Shown here piece by piece: positions 57,350-64,000 of a stretch of 64,000 nt of DNA (position 1 is the stretch's first letter; the number at the start of each line of letters is the position of its first letter). The notes beneath the pieces were generated by a model. That model was given only the letters and a program-made list of their open reading frames with translations, ran no database searches and was not told where the DNA came from. A program made the translations under genes and the position numbers. Location of the stretch: NCBI GenBank assembly GCA_963733095.1, contig CAVTBV010000006.1, positions 74,971 through 138,970 on the forward strand. The letters are read 5' to 3'. Source of the stretch: Candidatus Bathyarchaeota archaeon (GTDB taxonomy: Archaea; Thermoproteota; Bathyarchaeia; Bathyarchaeales; Bathycorpusculaceae).

Positions 57350-59338
57350 TTGATAAGTACTGATGGTTGGTTTAGCGACAATTTTAATACCATTTGGAAT
57401 TATTTACTGGTATGTCGTTTGAGGGTGGGTGAAAAAGTCAAAAACAACGAGGCATGGAGGGGGACTCTGCAAAAGTATTGGATCCCTATACTGCTGCTTC
57501 TGTTAATGGCTGTCTCGTTTGTTTCAGGCGAGGTTGGCGTCTTCACCGCGTTAGTCTTCACTTTTCTGGTTCCTGGCTTAATTGCTTACAGGTTCTTCCA
57601 CTTAAAATCCTCTGAAATCTGGGCTTTCATACCAATATTCAGCGTTTTAGTTTCCGTTTCTCTAATTTACTATGTATCTTTAGCGGTGGGTTACACGCAG
57701 CATACTATCCTTGTTTGCTTTCTCGCTTTCACCGCAATCTACGCTTTGGTAGTTTACAAGAAAGGCGAATTGCTAAAGCCTCCAGCACTCCTAAAGGTTA
57801 GGCGAATAAAAAAAACAAGTCTGCTTCTTTTCGCCTTGATTTTTCTAATTTCCCTCGGGGTTTTGTTGGCAAGCGTTTGGCGCGGCAACGAGTACGGCAT
57901 AGTGTTGACGGGTTCAAATTGGCAGGACACACCCTTCCACTATGAAATAATAGAATCCATCAACCAAGGCAACTTCCCACCCCAAACCCCCAACTACATT
58001 GGCACCCCATTGACTTATCATTACTTTGTTGATTTCCACACTGCCATAATCGAAAAAATGTATGGTTACCTCCCCACGCTTTTGCCTGTTTTGAATGCGC
58101 TGTTCATCTTGGTGTTTGGTTTCGCCATCTATGCGTTAGCGCGTCCTTATGGCAGACGAGCTGCAGTGATTGCCACGGTTTTGGCGGTTTTCGGTTGGGG
58201 GCTTAGCTATTTTGGCTTGTTCTCAGCGCTTTTTAGTGGGCAGTTTGATCCAAACCAGAATTACATCTACCAGTTCGGCAAGATGTTTGGTTTGCCTTCG
58301 ATGTTTGATAATTTGCTTCAGCAGCGTCCGTTGTTGATGGGGTTGCCAGTTTTCGCGTTTGTGTTGGCTTTGCTACGTGATATGAGTGATCGGAACCGCT
58401 TGATTTTGGCGGGGATCGTCACGGGGCTGGTTTATCAGTTCCATAATGTTGCGTTCTTCTGTTGCTATGTCGCCTTCGCCGTTTGCCTTATCCTTAGCTT
58501 TAAACACCTAAAATTTAGCTACCTAACCTTCATAATATCCAGCGTGTTTGCTTTGCCCTTTATCTTCGGCGGCGGACCACCCTTACACTTTTCCCTCAGT
58601 ACCGCCTTCATAACAGATTTCGCCCAAAACCCCTTCATCTACTACTTCCTCAACCTAGGCATCCCATTCGTACTGGCGATCATTTCTTTCATGAAGCCTG
58701 GACACGGACACCTCAAGATAACTTTCTTGGCGCTTTTCCTGATTCCCAACCTTCTCTTGCTCACGCCTTGGGATTGGGACATGTACAAGTTCTTTATGTT
58801 CGCTTGGATTCCTATTGCGGTTTTGGCTGGGATAGTTTTGGCTAAGACGCCACGGGTTGTGATTGTAACATTGGTTTTGCTATCCGTAATCACTACTGCA
58901 AGCGTCATCATCTACAACACTCAAACAGAGTACACAGGAGCTAGTTGGGGTGAGTACCAGCTTGGGTTGTGGGTTAGGGATAATACTCCTCAGAACTCGG
59001 TGTTTCTTACTTATTATGGTATTCATGAGCCAACCAGCATGATTGGCGGGCGACTAAGGGTATCTTCGTATGTATATTGGCCGTATGGACATGGAGAACC
59101 GCTTGACCAAGTTTACCAACGCGAACATAACATCGATAATGCATATACTGGCAACGAAACCCAACTAGCAAGTGTAATCCGCGAATACAACGTAACCTAC
59201 GTTTACGTTGGCGCTGAAGAACTAAGCAATTATCCAAATTGCATTGCGCATTTCGATTCTATCCCGTGGCTTATTCAGGTTTACGAGGCTGTGGGCTTGA
59301 GAGTTTATCAGGTCGAGTTGGCTGAGATGGGCAGTTGA
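57350..59338 (+). CDS. Polytopic GT-C-like membrane glycosyltransferase (DUF2298-like C-terminus)
   Basis: More than 10 TM segments, WQDTPFH, LTYHYFVD, WVRDNTP..SVFL and YNVTYVYVG motifs. Confidence 0.65.
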   Translation: MISTDGWFSDNFNTIWNYLLVCRLRVGEKVKNNEAWRGTLQKYWIPILLLLLMAVSFVSGEVGVFTALVFTFLVPGLIAYRFFHLKSSEIWAFIPIFSVLVSVSLIYYVSLAVGYTQHTILVCFLAFTAIYALVVYKKGELLKPPALLKVRRIKKTSLLLFALIFLISLGVLLASVWRGNEYGIVLTGSNWQDTPFHYEIIESINQGNFPPQTPNYIGTPLTYHYFVDFHTAIIEKMYGYLPTLLPVLNALFILVFGFAIYALARPYGRRAAVIATVLAVFGWGLSYFGLFSALFSGQFDPNQNYIYQFGKMFGLPSMFDNLLQQRPLLMGLPVFAFVLALLRDMSDRNRLILAGIVTGLVYQFHNVAFFCCYVAFAVCLILSFKHLKFSYLTFIISSVFALPFIFGGGPPLHFSLSTAFITDFAQNPFIYYFLNLGIPFVLAIISFMKPGHGHLKITFLALFLIPNLLLLTPWDWDMYKFFMFAWIPIAVLAGIVLAKTPRVVIVTLVLLSVITTASVIIYNTQTEYTGASWGEYQLGLWVRDNTPQNSVFLTYYGIHEPTSMIGGRLRVSSYVYWPYGHGEPLDQVYQREHNIDNAYTGNETQLASVIREYNVTYVYVGAEELSNYPNCIAHFDSIPWLIQVYEAVGLRVYQVELAEMGS

Positions 59339-59367
59339 GCGCTGACAAATTTTAAATACACAAACGA

Positions 59368-59823
59368 GTGAAAAGTTTACCTATGACAGCTAAACCAGTC
59401 AATTTAGACATAATTCACAGAATCCTCCTGTTTTTCGTTGCAATTAACATCATCGGCGAAGTCGGAAACGTCATCGCTTGGTGGGCAGTTCCCAGCATGC
59501 AGATTTCCCTCAACGGCGGCGAATTAGAAGGCGTAACCTCCCCCGCAAGTCTGCTAAGCACTTGGGTCGGCAAAGAAAGCGCTCTCATAATCGGCAGCGT
59601 TCTTTTACTAGCAATTGCAGCAATCTACGCTTTCTCGCTACTCGGGCTTTCAAAAAAACAGAAACAGGCACCGGTAACGGTTATGGGAATATCAATCGTA
59701 AACCGAATCATCACAATCTTCATCTTCGCCCTAAGCGCTGCGTTTGCGTTCTGGGCAGTATGGACCGTCATCCTCGTTATCGTTTCATACATAGAATGGA
59801 AAAAACTGAAAGCACCACCATAA
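59368..59823 (+). CDS. Hypothetical membrane protein
   Basis: About four TM helices. Confidence 0.65.
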   Translation: MKSLPMTAKPVNLDIIHRILLFFVAINIIGEVGNVIAWWAVPSMQISLNGGELEGVTSPASLLSTWVGKESALIIGSVLLLAIAAIYAFSLLGLSKKQKQAPVTVMGISIVNRIITIFIFALSAAFAFWAVWTVILVIVSYIEWKKLKAPP

Positions 59824-59846
59824 CCCAACCCTTTTTCTTTTGTAAG

Positions 59847-60338
59847 TTACGTCTGGGTCTTTGGCGGAGCTTGATGTTTTTTGCCTGACATGTAAGTTAT
59901 GTCGATTCTGCCCATGGTGGTTCTGTCGAGTTTTTCAGGTTTTATCTTTGCAAGTTTCTCTTCAGGGTTCAATGAGACCTGCCGCACGAGGAGTTCCATA
60001 GCGTGTTGTTTCTCCGTTAAATCTGTGATTAGAACGAGTTTGCCTTGGAAGTGGACACTGGTGTAGGCATAGTCGCATTCGTCGGTAACTCCAAAATCGA
60101 GAATCGCTTGTCCCCAAACATTGGGGTTGGTTTTTGCGTAGATGATTTTTTTGCCTTCGGGTGCGCAGTGAAAGTAGAGGCAGTTTTTGTTTTGGTCATA
60201 GCCATGGCTTAATGCGACAAGGTAGGGTTCGTTATCCATGCAGAGGGCAACTGTAACGTACTTGGTGGTTTTCAGAACCATCTGCAGCTCATTTTGGTCG
60301 GTGATTTCGCGTTCTTTGCGTCTGACATGAAAAGTCAT
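59847..60338 (-). CDS. Pyridoxamine 5'-phosphate oxidase-like (NimA-like) flavin-binding protein
   Basis: RRKEREI, PYLVAL, LYFHCAPEGKK, NPNV and YTSV motifs. Confidence 0.85.
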   Translation of the reverse strand: MTFHVRRKEREITDQNELQMVLKTTKYVTVALCMDNEPYLVALSHGYDQNKNCLYFHCAPEGKKIIYAKTNPNVWGQAILDFGVTDECDYAYTSVHFQGKLVLITDLTEKQHAMELLVRQVSLNPEEKLAKIKPEKLDRTTMGRIDITYMSGKKHQAPPKTQT

Positions 60339-60366
60339 ACTTTGATTTTAATCAGAAAAGGTAATA

Positions 60367-60891
60367 TTAACTTTTTTTGCGCCGCACCCGATGGTAAGAG
60401 TTGACGAATTTGTTTTTTAGGAAGCCTACCACGTCTGGGGTAAATATGGAGAGTGCTGCCAAGGTGAAGTTAAGTGGGAACACATATGGAGATTCAAAGA
60501 GGTTGCCGCCGTAGGAACCGTTGATGTTTTGTATGTAGCCTACGAATTGGAATAGTGACCATAATGCGGTCTGGAGCCATGCGCCTCCGAGGCGTGCAAT
60601 GTACTTTTGTTTTCTGCTAAGAGGCTTATTTTTCTGGTTTAGGTAGAAGACTTCTCCTGCCACCGCTCCTGCGCCTCCGGGAAAAAACGCATTAACCAAA
60701 ACTTTTTCCACAATGTTGCGCGGTACAAATGGGGTTGTCCACCATGGCATAAATGCGCTTAATATTGGCAGATGTACGTTGCCGGTTGCGAGTCGAATCG
60801 TGGCAGGTATCGAGTAGATAAACGCTCCGCCTATCTGCCAAACCCAGAATCGCTTACTGAGAAGCGTATTTTTGATGGCTTGCCAACACAT
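60367..60891 (-). CDS. Hypothetical membrane protein
   Basis: Several hydrophobic segments; NAFFPGGAGAVAGE. Confidence 0.6.
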   Translation of the reverse strand: MCWQAIKNTLLSKRFWVWQIGGAFIYSIPATIRLATGNVHLPILSAFMPWWTTPFVPRNIVEKVLVNAFFPGGAGAVAGEVFYLNQKNKPLSRKQKYIARLGGAWLQTALWSLFQFVGYIQNINGSYGGNLFESPYVFPLNFTLAALSIFTPDVVGFLKNKFVNSYHRVRRKKS

Positions 60892-61464
60892 AGCCTTTAA
60901 GGTAACTGTGAAGTTTTAAAAGTCTTCTCAAAAAACAAATCCTGTTTACACGTGTTGGAGAGGGGAAAATTGAGTGTTGAGCGGACCAAGCCATACGCTA
61001 ACATCAGTAAAGTGCAAAATTCGAGGGGGGCACACTTTATCTGGTGTTGGCAGCCAGACCCGCCAAACGAGGGGTATTAGCTTTTTCTTCTTGGTACTTG
61101 TTACGATTGGTTATGATATAAGATGATGTTGTCTCAATGTGAAGCAACAAACGAGAATTAAATTAATTTCAGGATTTGCGGGTTAATAGGACACTTTGAA
61201 GTTGGTGCCGCAGTCGAGGCAAGTGTAAGCTGCTAAACAGAAGGAAGAGTTCTCTAACTTTCTATCAGGAACATATAGTTTCCTTCCGCATTTGGGGCAA
61301 CTAACAATTACCGTACAATTTTGAAAATCAATTCACCTATAGAGAGTATAATCATGTTCATATCCTCTGGAATGAATAAAAGAATTTGTGTGTACATTCA
61401 AGCAACCACAAGTGTACTGAAGTGTTTTTTAGGCGTTTAAGCTGGTTATCAAGCGAAGAAGTAA

Positions 61465-62586
61465 GTGTCCACTCGGGTGGCACATTTGGTCCGATGCAAT
61501 AGCTTTTTTAATTGTTGCTTCACCCTTATTTTGCGGTGCATAATTACGGAAGAAGCAGATATTTGGACTCCGATGGATGGAGACACCTTTGTTACAAAGG
61601 ATGGCTTCATCATGAACACGTTTGGGTATGAACACTCCGACGACAGAGTTTTCGCGTTCCTCAAATACATTCCTGCGCAGTACAAGCAGCTCTTCAACGT
61701 GGAAATGCTTACTCGCACATGGAAATTCGGTACGAGCCAACTTACCAACCAGCTTTTCCGCGCCGAAAAACTCTACACCGCCAAAAACTACCAAACCTTC
61801 ATCGAAGCCTTCCGCAAAACCTTCCCAAACTACCTTTTCTTTGATCAGACCCGCGGCAAAGAGCTCATAACTGCGCCGCTTGACAAAATCGAGCAGGTTT
61901 TTGTTCCCAAAGACCGCCTGGTTTGGCTTCAGAACCTCAAGAACCCCGATAAACTTCAAGCTATGTCGCTTGAATTAATCGATTTAGTCTCCAAAGAATC
62001 GGTCGTACCATGCAGCGATTTGGGCATCCACGGCTCCATCGCGCTGGAAATGCATGCACCCGAATCAGACATAGACTTTGTTGTCTACGGCACAAACAAC
62101 TTCCGCATAGTTGAAGATGCCATTCAGCGGCTTGTAAATGAAAACAAGCTTACCTACATCGCGGGCAACCGTATTGAGGCGGCAAGAAAATTCGTGGGTA
62201 AATACCAGGGCAAAATCTGGATGTACAACGCAACTAAAAAGCCAGAGGAAGTCAAAACCCAATTCGGCGACTACACCTACACGCCCCTAGCTCAGCTTCG
62301 TTTTGCCGCGACAGTTTGTGATGACACAGAAACCATGTATCGCCCCGCAATCTACAAAATCACCAACTACCAACCCCAAGACGGTCAATCTGAACTTGAC
62401 CTCGACAAAGTTCCAGTTCAAGTTGTCTCAAACATCGGTTGCTACCGAAACGTTGCCCGAGTGGGACAGCAAATAAAGGTTGCAGGAACCCTTGAAAAAG
62501 TCCAGTCCACACGTGACAGCAGTGTCTTCTATCAGGTCGTTGTTGGTACAGCCACTTCGGAAGAAGAGTACATATGGCCGATTTAG
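61465..62586 (+). CDS. Predicted nucleotidyltransferase (COG1665-like), paralogue 1
   Basis: [23 protein letters not shown]...SDIDFVVYG and [13 protein letters not shown] motifs. True start probably near 61540-61575. Confidence 0.8.
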   Translation: MSTRVAHLVRCNSFFNCCFTLILRCIITEEADIWTPMDGDTFVTKDGFIMNTFGYEHSDDRVFAFLKYIPAQYKQLFNVEMLTRTWKFGTSQLTNQLFRAEKLYTAKNYQTFIEAFRKTFPNYLFFDQTRGKELITAPLDKIEQVFVPKDRLVWLQNLKNPDKLQAMSLELIDLVSKESVVPCSDLGIHGSIALEMHAPESDIDFVVYGTNNFRIVEDAIQRLVNENKLTYIAGNRIEAARKFVGKYQGKIWMYNATKKPEEVKTQFGDYTYTPLAQLRFAATVCDDTETMYRPAIYKITNYQPQDGQSELDLDKVPVQVVSNIGCYRNVARVGQQIKVAGTLEKVQSTRDSSVFYQVVVGTATSEEEYIWPI

Positions 62587-63647
62587 CGCTACGGGACCGT
62601 GATGCGATTCAAACGCGGGAAGGCTTGATTTTCCGCGTCTTCGGCTACAGCCACCCCAAAGACTCCTACATCTGCGACGTCGAATATGCCTCTTCAAAGA
62701 TTTTTAGCTCAACCGACCCCAGGGCACCCCGAGAAGGCAGAAGTGAGCTTTTCTACAAGTTCTACAACGACGAAGGCATGAAGCTGGTTGCCAAAAAGTA
62801 TCCCCAGTACCTCATCAACCATGAGATGCTTGCGCTAAAAATCGTCGGCGTACCTCATAGTTTAATTGCTGAAGCTAGGCAACCGCAACCGCGTCTTGTA
62901 GAGCTTCTTAGGGCAGGACCTACCGACCCGTTGCTTGCGGCGATGGAGAGGGTTTTGGATATCGCCACGGAAAATTCTGGTGTGGGGGCACAGAGTTTTG
63001 GTGTTTTCGGTTCGATGTTGCATGGTTTTCATCATCCCAAGTTTTCGGATATTGATTTTACGATTTATGGTAAAGCGGAAAACGCTAAGGTGCGAGAAGC
63101 AATGGAGCAGCTGTATTCCGATTCCAATTCGGCTTTACGAAATGAATTCGAATCTGAAGACGCTATGAAAGGCAAAGATTGGCGCTTCAAAAACTTCACC
63201 GTTCCAGACTTCGTTTGGCACCAACGCCGAAAAATGATCTACGGCTTATACGACGACCGCAAAGCAAGCGGTCGAGTGATTAAAGCCGAGTTTGAGCCCG
63301 TGAAGGCTTGGAACGAAATCCAAAGCGAGTACGACCCCAAAGCGAGGATCAAGCAGAAGGGTTGGGTTAAACTAAAAGCCCGCATCACCGCAGACGATGA
63401 AGCACCATTCATTCCATCCGTCTACGGCATCGAACCCCTAGAAGTCTTAAGCGGACCCAAAGAAGCCCTTGAGGCCACGCGGATTTTCAGTTACATGGAA
63501 GAGTTCCGTCAGCAGGCACAAAAAGACGAAACCGTTATTGTAGAAGGCAACTTAGAAGAAGTTGAATCACCAACAGAAAGTTTTTGGCAGGTTACGTTGA
63601 CTTATTGTCCACACTACTATGAACAAGTCCTCAAAGTCTACCATTAA
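62574..63647 (+). CDS. Predicted nucleotidyltransferase (COG1665-like), paralogue 2
   Basis: [28 protein letters not shown]...SDIDFTIYG and [18 protein letters not shown] motifs. Confidence 0.8.
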   Translation: MADLALRDRDAIQTREGLIFRVFGYSHPKDSYICDVEYASSKIFSSTDPRAPREGRSELFYKFYNDEGMKLVAKKYPQYLINHEMLALKIVGVPHSLIAEARQPQPRLVELLRAGPTDPLLAAMERVLDIATENSGVGAQSFGVFGSMLHGFHHPKFSDIDFTIYGKAENAKVREAMEQLYSDSNSALRNEFESEDAMKGKDWRFKNFTVPDFVWHQRRKMIYGLYDDRKASGRVIKAEFEPVKAWNEIQSEYDPKARIKQKGWVKLKARITADDEAPFIPSVYGIEPLEVLSGPKEALEATRIFSYMEEFRQQAQKDETVIVEGNLEEVESPTESFWQVTLTYCPHYYEQVLKVYH

Positions 63648-63828
63648 TTCACTGTTAAGGATTAGAACGCGTTTGGGTTGATTGTTGTTGCAACCGGTCT
63701 GCAAATTGCAGTTGCAGCAGCAACAACAACAACTTCTCTGGCTCCTCGAGCTCAGACTAAATACTGTAATTTGGGTTTAGTTTTGATAGATGGCAATAGT
63801 CACTATGCAAAATCATGTTGAAGTAGCA

Positions 63829-64000
63829 TCAGCTTCTATTCGCTGTTTGTTTTTTTAAATTCGGATGCTTAAGCACCATATAATCTGAGGGTTTACTGCC
63901 AATAATCAATCGGTAGTGTTCGCTTGAATTGCATTTGTTAGTTACGAGTTCAACTTTTCCCTGCGCCTCGACTTTTTCGCCAGCCACCGCTTGTTCACAG
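63829..64000 (-). CDS. C-terminus of a third COG1665-like paralogue (runs off the window)
   Basis: Minus strand CEQAVAGEKVEAQGKVELV...YRLIIGSKPSDYM aligns with the C-termini of the two upstream paralogues. Confidence 0.65.
   Translation of the reverse strand, partial: CEQAVAGEKVEAQGKVELVTNKCNSSEHYRLIIGSKPSDYMVLKHPNLKKQTANRS

Noticed and set aside
61184-61320. Minus-strand CPKCG...CLDCG zinc-finger frame
   Set aside because: Motif is suggestive, but I found no in-frame start codon before an upstream stop, so it is not called.
1-64000. CRISPR array or rRNA gene
   Set aside because: No regularly spaced repeats of CRISPR size and no rRNA-like stretch seen.

Overview
Archaeal chromosomal window, most likely from a Bathyarchaeia (TACK) genome. 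This is inferred from eL22, the SMC5/6-like operon, the HdrA-MvhD fusion, a TackOD1-like protein, PEF-CTERM proteins and the Zn-ribbon integrase. Bases 1-29.5 kb and 48-64 kb are host genes: nusA, an SMC5/6-like SMC-kleisin-KITE operon, nucS, a CBS-HPF protein, polyferredoxin and hdrA-mvhD, lig, trxA, ahbABCD, an SPFH protein, znuBC, nreA, three tandem COG1665-like nucleotidyltransferases, three tRNAs and several decaying pseudogenes. The main discovery is an 18,446-bp integrated element (29540-47985) bounded by a perfect 20-bp direct repeat that is the 5' end of tRNA-Arg(UCG). It carries a divergent repressor/AbrB switch, an AEP primase, a P-loop Rep protein whose 3' end contains an inverted iteron origin, a Zn-ribbon tyrosine integrase, a TerS-like protein, a 1076-aa tail-fibre-like protein and a holin-like protein. 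I recognise no capsid, portal or large terminase gene. The layout resembles an archaeal PICI-like virus satellite or a reduced provirus. All family assignments come from motif recognition by eye, not from database searches.
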